The notes below the pieces were generated by a model. That model did not search any database. It had not been told where the DNA came from and worked only from the letters and a program-made list of their open reading frames with translations. From Azolla caroliniana (lineage: Eukaryota > Plantae > Polypodiophyta), in NCBI GenBank assembly GCA_043228905.1, contig JBHGNT010000018.1, positions 11,904,001-11,968,000 on the forward strand: DNA of 64,000 bases, in the 5' to 3' direction. Positions 23,863 to 35,295 of the stretch are shown here, in pieces (position 1 is the first letter of the stretch; every line of letters begins with the position of its first letter). Position numbers and translations under genes: made by a program.

Positions 23863-24498
23863 ATAGATTGACACATGCGTGATATTCGTGATATTCTCCA
23901 TGCGCAATATTCTCAATATTTGAGAATACAAAATGGCCCCAAGAATATTAAAAAACCATTCGTTTTGTAAAATAAATATAAAAAATTATTTATTTATTTA
24001 AATAAATGTATTTCACCAAAAAAAAATTATTCATTAATAGATTATAGTGTCAAGAGAGTTTATGAAACTTATTTTAATTAATTAATTTTTTAAAAACGAA
24101 TATTTTTATATTTATTATACAAATATGATTAGTATGAACTTTGAAGATATCATTAGTTTGAAGTACCATTTTTAATGTCAAGATAAAAATATCCATAAAT
24201 TTTGAGGAAATAAAAAGTGAGAAATTAATGAGCCTTTATTTTATTTTATTTATTTATTAAAAATAAAACGACTATACATTTATTATAAAATTTTAGTAGT
24301 GTCACGTCCCCAAAGTCACTCTTTTATTATCCCTATTTAATGTTAAGTTCTTTTTTTTTATCTTAGGAAATTTTTAAAACAAAAGTTTTTTTTTTTGGAG
24401 GGGGCGGGGGGGTTAAACGAATACTTGACTACCCATTCGTATTCATATTCGTTTGCATTCGAATGGGAACCCCCAGGAATGCGAATATGTCAATCTAT
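23863..24498. mobile_element. MITE-like TIR element
   Basis: TIR ATAGATTGACA/TGTCAATCTAT (imperfect to ~17 bp); flanking duplication GGATATGAT at 23854-23862 and 24499-24507; AT-rich interior; a related right end occurs at ~36590-36650. Confidence 0.75.
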
Positions 24499-24732
24499 GG
24501 ATATGATTTGAAAAGGGGAAGATTTGGAGAAGAAAGAAAAGGATATTATGAGCTTTAATGTGACAAGGGGGAGGTTTTGGTATAAGGGAAAAGAGGTTAT
24601 AATGTTGAGGGATAAGGAGAAAAGAGAGAGTTAGGATATGAAATGTAAAATGAGGGGAAATATTCAAAGGGGAGTTAAGATTGAGGGGGAAATAAGGAAA
24701 ATATGTGAGATGATGAGAAAGGAAGGAAAGAG

Positions 24733-24768
<36 letters not shown>

Positions 24769-26429
24769 TGAGTAGAAATAAGGGGAGTGAGTAGATCTAC
24801 GAGGATCAAGGGTGGGAAAACGAGAGAAAAAGTAAGAGAGAGAAAGAGGGTAGAGAGAGGAGAGAGATACATGTGTAAACTAGACAAAGTAAGAGAGAGA
24901 AAGGAAATAGGAGAGAGGTAAGGGAGAGAGACAAGTGTGGGGAAAGAGGAAAAGAAAAAGGGGGAAGGCTATAGATTTAGGAAGAGGATCGGGAGGGGTA
25001 GGGTAAGAAAAAGTAAAACATGGGTGAGGGTAGAAAAACAAAAATAGAAAGGTGGATAAAATAGGATAAGAAAAGATTTTGAGAGAGGAAAGGAAAAAAC
25101 TAAGAGAGGGAGAAGTGATAGCTTAAGTGTGAGAGAGGGAAAAAAAGAGGAAAAGATTTAGAGAGAGGAGGGGTGGGGGTAGGGTGTTTAGTTTTTAAGA
25201 AATGAGGGGGGGGTAGGGTGGCAATAAGAAAAAGTGGGAGGAGGGGTAGAAAGGTAATTTTGAAAAACTAAGGGGGAAGGGTAAGAGGGTAATTTTGAAA
25301 AAGTGAGGGGGAAGGGTAGGAGGGTAATTTAGGAAGGTAAGGGAGGGATAGGGGGGTAAATTGACAAGGTGGGGGTGAAGTGAAAAGTTCACCAAGAACA
25401 ATTTGAGCGCACCCAAACCATTTGATACACTTGGTGTGAGCTAGGGAGGGTTAAGGTTAGGGGTAGGGTGGTAATAAAAAAGTAAAGGGAGGGGTAGAGG
25501 TAAGAGAGAGAGAGAGGTAGGAGAGAGAGAAGAAAAATATATGGGGCAACCAAGAATTCAAAGAGAGAGAGAGGAATAAAAAAGGAGAAGAGTGTTATGG
25601 AGAGAAAAGAGGGAAGGGTAGGAAAAATAAAAATAAAAAATTGTAAAACATGGGTGAGGGTAGAAACTACAAGTAAAAGGAAAACGAGGTTGCATTAAAA
25701 AGCTACTAAAAGAAAGAAAAGTTAAGGGGAGGGGTAAAGTTAAAATATATGAAAATTGATGACGGGGGTTGTGGGTAAATATAATCTAAAGATTAGGTTT
25801 TTAATAAAAGTGTGGGAGAGAGGTATAAGTAAAAATATGAAAAAGTAGGGGAAGGGGTAGGGCCGAAAATAGGAGAAAGTAGGGGAGGGGTAGGGTTGAA
25901 AATAGAAGAAAGTAGGGGAGTGGTAGGGGTAGGGTTAAAAATATGAAAAATCTAACAAGGAGTGAGTGCATATGTAGGGACGTGGGTGACAAGCATTGTG
26001 ATTGGCGATATAGTTTAGGGTTTGAGATACAAAATGAAAATAATGTCGGCTACCAAATGTAGTCCCGAACATATACAATGAAAGAGGGATAAAAAATGGG
26101 AAAATGCATGGCTACCGAATGTAGTCCCATGCTTACAACATAATGATGTGCGAAAAGTAAGGTAGAGTGTTGAGAGCTTGTTATGTGAGAGGATATGAGA
26201 GACAAGTTGATGATGCCATTGCAAAGCCACGCAACGTTTTGTGGGGGCACTCGGCACGAAACGAGGGCTCGGTGGTTGACGATGCTATCTCGCCATGGGT
26301 GCCTATCCCCGATACATGGGCCTCCATAGAGAATGCGGGATCATGAGTTTTGTTGATCATACGATCATCGACAAGGAGTGCGAATGGTGTATCATCAGTG
26401 CATGGCTTGGAGAGCATGAGAGCTTGAAA

Positions 26430-29400
26430 TTATCTGGGCGAAGAAGATAAAGAAGAGTTCGGTACTCGAGATGAGAGTTTGATGTCATTCCGGCTAAGTG
26501 GGTCAAATGAAGAGCTGAGTCGGAAAGACCAACATGATGATGAGTCGGTAAGTAGTGGAGACTCAGTTGTACTCTCCCCGTGCAAGGAACCGAGGAGACA
26601 ATTCACATGTAAAGACAAGGGGAAAAAGAAGATGTCGGAATACAATGTCGTGACGTGGCTCACCTAGAAGCGTAGCATTGCGCACACAAAGGATAACGTG
26701 AAAGTGAGGAAGGAATCACTGGGATTATGGATGGAAGAGACGAAAGAGTAGAGATGGAGTGAATAGAGATCAATAAGATATGACAAAATAGGATTTTTAA
26801 GGAATATAAGATAAGACAAGATAAGATATAAACTAATATATGAGAAAGTGTATGAAATTTATAATCATTTTCATGAAAGAGTTACAAAATGATTGTGCAC
26901 GTCGTTGAACCTCCGAACTTTGTCTTGCAAGGTAATCGCTCTTCTCTTTCTTGATCGTAGACCACTACAATCTTCTCTTCAAGATTTTGATGAAGATAAG
27001 GCTCGAACCGCCTCCCTCTTGTTGAGAGTTGACCACCACGACCGCCAAGCTAGAGCTCCACGTTTATGTTAAACTTCTTCCCTTCTTTATCTATTTTTAT
27101 GATTATCTCTTATGTAATACATAATTTGATTGATATCTCATACATCTTCCTTTGATCTTCTCTTTCACCATTTAAATAGGTGCCCCCATGCATATGATGC
27201 ATTGGAGGGTACAAGCCATGCATGTAGTGCATGAAATGCATGTGATGCATGATCGCCATTTGGCGTTCATGCATTACATGTGATGCATGATAAACATCTC
27301 ACTCATTTCAGCTTTCATGTATGAAACAATATATGCAATAACAATAAACATGAAAATATAATCTTAAAGAGAAAGGACCTAGCCTAATGGTAGGTGTGTT
27401 GACTTTGGTGTATGAAGTTGTGGGTTTGAGTCTCAAAATACTATTGAATACAACATACAGCTTTATTTTTATATCATGAAGCAAATCCTTTATATAATAT
27501 AAAGTATATATAAAGTATGCTTTATTTTATGTACATTACTAGTATAGAGTAAATGGTAAGATTTGAGAGTCATAGGATGGGGTTATTGGTTCAAGTCCTC
27601 TCTTGTTCGTGTAATATAATATATTTATCTATATATATATATATATTATTTTTCTTTACATATATATAAATTTATCATATGTGTTGTTAATATTATCTTT
27701 ATATATAAAACATTATCAAATGTTAGTTTAGTTACGTATTTATCTTATTGTAGACTTTTAATGTGAAGCTTTCGTACTTCACGACAACGACACCAGTAGA
27801 GATGAGTCTAATCAAAGAGAATCCGACTCTGGAAAGAATGAAGACGGACCTTCAGAGAAGAAGTCCGAATCGGCCAAGAAATTGGCTAACGAGAAGTTAC
27901 ACCGATCTAACCGCCAGAAGAACCCCGTCAAGCGGTACGGTTATAATGAATACATGGCGCATCACTATGTGTACATGATGAAAGTGGTGGTAGTGCATGA
28001 GCCGGAGAGCTACATAGAAGCAGCAAAAGACACAAACTAGCGTGCCGCGATGGAGGAAGAAATGCGAGCCTCGATGAGAATGACACATGGGATCTGGTTG
28101 ACCCTCCCCAACACTACAAACCAATCGACTGCAAGTGGGTATACAAGGTAAAGTATAATCCCGACGGTTCGGTCAACCAATGCAAGGCCCAGCTAGTGGT
28201 GAAGGGATACGCACAGAACCACAAAATCGACTATGACGAGACGTTCACTCCTGTAGCAAAGATGATGACGGTCCATGTGGTGTTGGCGGTTGTTGCGGCA
28301 AGGGGGTGGCATCTTCACCAAATGGACATAAAGAATGCATTTCTTCAAGGCGATCTTGAAGAACAATTCTACATGATTCAACCCCCTGGGTTTTAGTCAG
28401 AGATGAACAAGTCGGTAGTGTGCTGACTTAAGAAGTCGCTCTATGGCCTGAAGCAAGCTCCCCATGCTTGGAAGTCGAAGATAACACACCGGTTGCGTAA
28501 GATGGGGTTTGCGGCCTCGAAGTCCAACTCTTCATTGTTCATCCGGAGAGGTCTGGAATGTTCGGTGTGCATCTTGCTATACGTGGATGATCTAGTCATC
28601 ACCGAACCTATACTCACTGAAATCAGTTGAGTGAAGTCCCAACTGTTGGATGCATTCGAAATGAAGGACTTGGGGACCTTCATTATTTCCTCGGGATCGA
28701 AGTGATCCATACTCCCGACGGCATATTTCTCTCACAGCGATACTATGTGTTGAGTATATTGTACAAGTTCCGACCAATCTCTACACCCTTGGACCGAAAC
28801 CTGAAGCTTCGTCCCAACTCTGGACCGGCCTGCAATGAGAGACGGTTCCGACAAATTGTCAGAAGTCTTATTTACTTAATTATCATCCAACTCGACATCA
28901 GCTATCCAGTTGGAGCGACCAGTCAATTCATGCAAAAGTTGACCGACCAACACCTTCAATGCACGCATCGACTATTGCGATATGTGAGCAGCACTAAGGA
29001 TAGGGAATTGTTATATTGCCACGGTATAACCAAAATGCTAATCGGTTATAAAGATGTTGATGGGGCCAATGATGCATCAGATCATCAGTCCACCTCCAGT
29101 TTTATGTTCTCTCTTGGGAGCACGGTTGTTGCGTGGAGCAGCAAAAAGCAGCCGATAGTGGCTCTATCGAGCACTGAGGCTAAGTATCGGGGAGCTATTG
29201 TTGCCACCTATAAGGACATATGGCTTTGGTGGCTGCTGCAAGACCTCTTGATCAAAGTACCAACTCCTATCCCGATCTACTATGACAACATGAGCAGTAT
29301 GCAGCTTGCCAAGAATCCCATGTTTCATGCTTGCACAAAGCACATCGAAGTGCATTATCGCTTAGTGCATGAGGGGATCATGAGCGGTGAAGTTGAGCTA

Positions 29401-30514
29401 CGGTATGTTCGAAAGGATTGGCAAGTTGCCGACATCTTCACCAAGCCACTTGGATCGGACAAGTTGCAACATTTTTCGGAGATGCTTGGTCTACAACATC
29501 TCAACATGCCGCACTTGAGGGGGAGAACCGGAAAGACATCTATAGGCACCGGAGAAGCAATCGGAGAGCAGGAGGAAATGATCGAAACAAGGGGAGACAA
29601 GAAGAAAAAGGGAATTGAGTCGATTGAAGAAGTAGGCACATCCGAAAAAATCGGAATAAGCGGCGACAGCAGCAAAGTCAAGAAGGAAAAGGTCGACCGA
29701 AGAAGAAGGCCAAGACCCGGATATGGTCTAATGTGGTAAAGGGCCTGAAGATTGAGAACGAATTGGAGACAGCCAATTCAAACAAGAGTTGGAATGAATC
29801 AGAGAAACTTGATTCGGAGGAGCCAAATCAACTCAAGGCCAAGCGGACGACAAGGTAGCAGAAGTCAAAACCGACATAGAGGAACCAGCAAGTCGAGAAG
29901 CGCCGAAGTCATAGCAGCGAAGGAGCTGAGATGGGCCTCTTGAGCAGACAAGCCGACCGAGAAGCTCGAGATGCACAAAGAGCACGTGCGAAGCTGGACG
30001 GGTCAAAGAGCACGTGCAAGGCGAGAAGACGCTAGGAAAAGCCGACTGCAAGGATCGGCAAAGACTGACACTGAGATCCGACCTCAAGTTGATCTTGAGG
30101 AGGAGTCTTGAATGGACAAGCTCAACCTGATCTGGATTAGCTGAGTAAGCCAGAGCTAGATCGGTGTTCGGAGAGGAGAGCTGGATCGGAGAGCCGGACC
30201 CACGTGCGAACCGATAGGCCGTTGGAGGTCTACACTCCTAGACTACTAGGTAGTTATCCTAGGAGTTAGTGTCAATAGCTCAGTACAAGCATTGAAGTAC
30301 TTTTGTCATTCCTTTTAAGGACTTTTATAAAAGTGTTCACTGAGGACATTGTATGTACAAAGTGTTTTTATTTTGAAATTGAGTTTACTGTTCTGCTCTC
30401 TCTGTCTCTCCCACATACTGTGTATTTTCCAAGCTTCCATTAAACCTTGTCTCTATTTTCTGTTGTTATCTGGCTAAGCCGGTTTGTCTAAGCCTCCACA
30501 CATTCACTTTCACA
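26430..30514 (+). mobile_element. Ty1/Copia element 3 (Copia-2 lineage), 5'-truncated
   Basis: IN C-terminal linker KDKGKKKMSEY; RT HQMDIKNAFL and YVDD; RNase H KHIEVHY; PPT at 30095-30105; 3' LTR 30106-30514. Confidence 0.9.
26646..27786 (-). mobile_element. Solo LTR (1.14 kb) inserted in Copia-3, carrying two tRNA-like cassettes and an RY-motif cluster
   Basis: Termini TGTCGTGA...TCACGACA; Copia coding sequence resumes on both sides; TSD degraded; orientation inferred from minus-strand TATTTAAA (27171-27178) and base skew. Confidence 0.8.
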
Positions 30515-31232
30515 TATGGTCATGCCCGTAACAGCTTTGGGGCTACTTTGTTTGCTCCTTCTGCATAACTCCAATAGTCGTGTCCCAACAGGTACTGGTG
30601 CATCTTGTACGACCAAGATGCGTAGTTTCTTCGGTCGAGCTTTTCTATAGGAAGCGAGCTTGCCAGGCTTCTGTCCATGTCTTTCCTTCTTTCTTTCTAT
30701 TCTTTACCAAAAACTAGGTCTTGTTCTGTCTAAGCGCTTTCTATCGGCAGCTGAGGATTGTCAACCCTCGCGCTCTGATACCATGTAAAGAGTTACGTGT
30801 GAAAGCTCGTAGACACAACCGGCTCAGTCGGATAACAACATAAAGTATATGAAGGTTTAATGGAAAGCTTAAAACACACATAGTACGTAGGAGAGAGAGA
30901 GAGAGAGAGCAAAACACAATGTCTATTTCAAAAATAACACTCAATACTCTGTACATACAAGTGTGCTCTGTGAGCACTTTTATACAAGTCCTTACAAGGA
31001 TTGACAGAAGTACTGATAAGTACTTCAATGTTTATAACTGAGCGATGACACTAACTCCCAAAAATATGCCTATCTACTAGGCTAGGAGTGTAGGCCTCTA
31101 AAGGCCTACCGGTTCACACGTGGGTTCGGCTCTCCAGTCCGACTCTCAAATACGGCTCTCCGATCCGGTCCACCAGTCCGGCTCTCAGCTTGTTCAGCCG
31201 ATCCGGCCCACGTTGAGCTTGCTCACTCAACA
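30515..31232 (-). mobile_element. Copia element 4: 5' LTR, PBS and gag start only
   Basis: LTR 30784-31232; iMet PBS at 30772-30783; gag NYASWSYKMHQYLLGHDYWSY. Confidence 0.88.
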
Positions 31233-31426
31233 CTAGTTTAGTAGGTGGTTATAGCGTTAGGGGCCTATATTCCTATGCTAGTAAATAGGAATATTATGGG
31301 TCGAGTTAGTGTCAAGCATCAAGCTTCTTCCTCTTCTCATCCAGCACATGCACATATGCAATGTTGTCGAATACCCTTAGGAGACTTACATTCGGCTTTT
31401 GTCCCATGTATAACTCATGTGTTGAC

Positions 31427-31821
31427 TGTTAGGAATCGACCGGCCACAACCGGTTTCACGTTCATATTCGTGTGCAGAAACCAAGAACTAGTACACAGAC
31501 GAAAAACGTGAAGACACAGAGACACCGATATTTGGAGGCAACGACCTCACAAACCCCAAGAAAACAGATCACTATAGTAGAGAGAAAGTAAAAATACGGA
31601 ACTTGGAGGCAACGACCTCGAGTTCTCCTTCGTCTAATAGACAGCTACAAAGTTACACTCTCACACTCTCACTCTCTCACTCACGGTTACAAAGACAACT
31701 ACCTCGTTCTAACTTTTTCAATAATGATCAACTACTCTCAAGCTATAAGGTTTGCCCTAGTTGCTTATAAACCAAAGCAACTTTCTGGCTATTTACAAGT
31801 ATAGCCCCCAAGAGGCATGAC
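31427..31821 (-). repeat. Truncated LTR of the Copia-1/solo-LTR family
   Basis: Shares ggctata(c)ttgtaaatagcc, gggcaaac, gaggtcgttgcctc and ttgtggccg motifs with the LTRs at 6994 and 19681; ends in AACA on the minus strand. Confidence 0.7.
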
Positions 31822-34336
31822 GTCTTCGAATGTATTTAAGTTCCGGAAACATTCGAAGACGTCATTCTTTTTCTCTATTAGGTAGATCCAAGTGTGTCGG
31901 CTATAGTCATCAATGAAGGAGACGAAATATCGACTCCCCCCTAGACTCACATTTTGTGCAAGTACCCACACATCTGAATGTATTACGTCGAGCTTATTGC
32001 AACTTTGATTTCACTCACTGGGGAAAGGAAGCCAGTGTTGCTTCCCTAGTTGGCAAGCTTCACAAACTTGGGCCTTTCGGCCACTGAACTTTGGCAAGCC
32101 GAACACAATCTATTTTGCTTGCAACTCTTGAAGCCACTGAAAATTGACGTATCCGATTCCACATTTTGTCCTCTGGCGAACATTGCGATGCCGGTGTTGT
32201 TTGTGTCGAGGATGAACATCCTCCATTCTCATTGCCCTTGTGCGATGATTTGCCCTTCTTCCTCAATGAAGAAGCCAAGGTGGGTGAACTGAACCTGCAT
32301 TCCTTGGTCGACAATCTATTTGAATGACACCAAATGCTTGGTGATTGTCGGCACATGCAGGACATTCATTAGTCTCCATTTTTGGCCGACATGGCTCAAG
32401 GGGACGTCACTGACATGCTCGATGGGATGTGCGGTGTTGTCACCAGTTTCGACGACCCCCGGCTAGTCCAGGTTCTCCAAATGTGAGAACCACTCTTTCG
32501 TGGTTGTTGAGCGGGCAAGCTCAACCAGATTCGGATCGGCTTAATAAGCCAGAGTCGGATCGGTATCCGAAACAGAGAACCGGATAGGTACCCAGATCGG
32601 TGTCTGAATATATCGGTATTCGGAACCTAAAGCCGGACCGGAGAATTGGATCGTACTCCGGAATAGTGAGAACCGGTAGGCCGTTGGAGCCTACGGTCCA
32701 AGCCTAGTACGTAGGCATATTCCTTGGAGTTAGTGTCAGTTGCTCGTATGAGCATTGAAGTACATGTCAGTACTTCTGTCAGTCCTTTTAAGGACTTGTA
32801 TAACAAGTGTTCTGTAGGACATTTGTATGTACAGAGTGTTGTTATTTTCAATTGAGTTTATGTTGTTCTGCTCTCTCTGTCTCTCCCACTCTTTGTTTGT
32901 GTTTTGTGAAGCTTCCATTAAACCTATACTCTTTCTATTGCTATCCAGGTGAACATGTTTGTCAAAGTTCCCACATATTAACTTTGACAATGGTTCGTCA
33001 TGTGATTCGATGCTCTGGAATCGACATACCACGCCTTGTTTGGTTTTGAGGTGCATGTCTTCATCGAGTTGGCCTTATGCTTCATTACAAATGTTGGGGT
33101 CATTCCGACTCCTCCAGAGCCTTCGACATAGTGCGATCACTGTCGGTTTCCCTATTCAGCTCTACTCGATCTTGATTTGTCCGAATCGGCTTTCTTCTTC
33201 CATCACTCGCCTTCTTTGTGGCTTGTTCGACCACAATACCAGCATTTCGTTGTGGCCTTCACTTGCTGGTTTCAGGCGCCGCCTTGACTCCCCTTGCCCG
33301 TGGAGGGTCTGGAACTCTTGTCGGCATGTCGATTATGCCTTTGATTCTACTCTTGTCGGCCGCCACCATTGTGTGCCGATCCGCCACCTTCTACATGACC
33401 ACGGGCCTTTCCGCCTCCGTGTACAACATCCAACTGTCAGGTTGTGTGCGTCACAAATTTCCTAGATCTTCATGGTGTAGTTAGTCACCGTCATATCCCT
33501 CTATCGGATATTGTTGAGCTCTTGGCGACGCTACAACTTCCAGGTCGTGGTACTCGTGGCAAAAATCTTCTTCAGATTTTCCCAGGCCTCCTTCAATGTC
33601 TTTGCATCTCGAATGTGGCCCAACATTTGATCGTGCACATAGGACGCAAGGCAGTACAAGATTCTACTTGCCGCCTACTCCCATGTAGAAAATCCTTGTG
33701 TGTCGATTCTGGTGCTACTTCGTTTTCTCCATGGATGTAACTCCAGTAGCCATGCCTGAGTAGGTATGGGTGCATCTTGTACTCCCAAGACGCGTAGCGT
33801 AGTTAATTTTGTCTAACTTCTCTGTTGGAATAACACCACCCATTCCTCTGTCCATTTTCTTCTTGTTGTTTTTTCTTGTCCGGGGATTAAGGTTGTCTGT
33901 GTTGAAACGCTTGTCAGCAATAGAGGATTATCAACCCTCGCGCTCTGATACCATGTAAAAATTATGTGCAGAAGCTAAAATAGAACACAACCGGCTCACC
34001 TAGACAACAACAAAGAAGACATAGAGAAAAAATGGAGATACACAGAATGTAGGAGAGACAGAGAGAGCAGAAGACTCAAGAAAACTCTATTCAAAATAAT
34101 ACGCTTTGTACATACAAATGTGCTCAGAGAGCACTTTTATACAAGCCCTGACAGCGGGTTGACACAAGTACCATCAGTACTTTAATGCTCACTTAAGAGC
34201 ATCTAACACTAACTCCCAAAGTTATTCCTGCCTACTGACATAGGAGCGTAGGCCTCTAACGGCCTACCGACTCCCTACCAATCCGGTTGTCGACTTATTC
34301 AGCCGATCCAACCCATGTTGAGCTTGCTTCCCAACA
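31822..34336 (-). mobile_element. Copia element 5, 3'-truncated (LTR, PBS, gag, protease, partial IN)
   Basis: LTR 33954-34336; PBS 33942-33953; gag MHPYLLRHGYWSY; WYVDSRASNHMT; SRYFVSFIDDYSR. Confidence 0.9.
32505..32989 (+). mobile_element. Solo Copia LTR inserted in the Copia-5 protease region
   Basis: TGTTGA...ACA; TSD GTGGT/ATGGT; similar to the LTR at 30106-30514. Confidence 0.85.
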
Positions 34337-34339
34337 TAA

Positions 34340-35295
34340 AACACATGCAATCATGGATAATTTAAGTGTTGGGTTCTCAAGAAATACCTTTACCATAATT
34401 TGTTGACTCCAATGCTTCTCTTGGGGTAGAAGTATGCGGTTAGCATCCCAAAATCTACTTGGAAAGAATTGAAAATGTCCAAAACCATTTTCTTGCAAAG
34501 TATCTACAAGTTAAGAAACAAACGTGATACACCCTCGGACCTTCCAACTACTTGAGACAGGATCACTTCCCATTGAGATCATGGTCATGGAAAGGGTTAT
34601 GGAATACATGCATAAGGCTAAAAAATGTCCCTCACATCGGCTTTGTAGAATAGTATGGGAAGCAAGCAAAAATATCCAAAAGATATATAAAAGCAAATTT
34701 TTGTGTTCCGGTTGGATGCAAGATATAAAAAAATGGTTTGGTAGATGGGATGCAACATGGTTGCTTCATGACACATCACTAGCTTCCTCTGAAAATGAGG
34801 CCTTTTTGCAACGCCAATATAGCATGACATGGGAAAACTCACACTTCACACATTATACTACAAAAGTTGCACCTAACTACAAAACCATATTCTTTGTCGA
34901 ATATGGAAACCATACACATCGATACATGTTAGAGTCCATCCCGTTGTCTGCCATATTAAAGTTCCATGTGACTTAGGTCACAAGCATTGCGATGTGAGAT
35001 GGGGCATTGGGGCACAAGTGATGAGAGTGGTCAACTATGCATGCTTTGCCCTAAACAAGTTTGAGAGTCCGAGTATCACACTTTGATACAATGCTTGCGT
35101 TTGGTCATATTTGACCATGCTTTTCACACATATTTCTCTCACAACCACAATGTGTACTCTCGATTGCAACATTCATTGGTAAAGTTCTTGAACATCAAGA
35201 GTCGCTACTCACTCCCACATGTATTACGTGAAAATGTAAAAATTTTGGTCTCATAGGTCCTATTTGACCTCCGAACATGATAATAGAATCTATCA
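34340..35295 (+). mobile_element. 5'-truncated LINE fragment (ORF2 C-terminus and 3' UTR)
   Basis: ETGSLPIEIMVMER..LRCEMGHW..LCMLC..ESEYHTLIQC parallels the LINE C-terminus at 57376-58083; shared 3' stem-loop at 35255-35270. Confidence 0.75.

Larger units (their letters stand above)
23390..26422 (-). mobile_element. Non-coding ~3 kb unit with 75-bp terminal direct repeats and a hammerhead ribozyme (Penelope-derived or retrozyme-like)
   Basis: 23390-23464 matches 26348-26422 with 3 CpG-type mismatches; hammerhead at 23715-23773; strongly purine-skewed interior; no PBS, PPT or TSD seen. Confidence 0.55.

Noticed and set aside
24443-26000. Hydrophobic Leu/Phe/Pro-rich minus-strand ORFs resembling membrane proteins
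   Set aside because: Artefact of the pyrimidine-rich strand composition.
26390-26405. Second hammerhead (CTGATGA on the minus strand in the direct repeat); also CTGATGA at ~63069
   Set aside because: No stem II followed by GAAA, and the other repeat copy reads CCGATGA.
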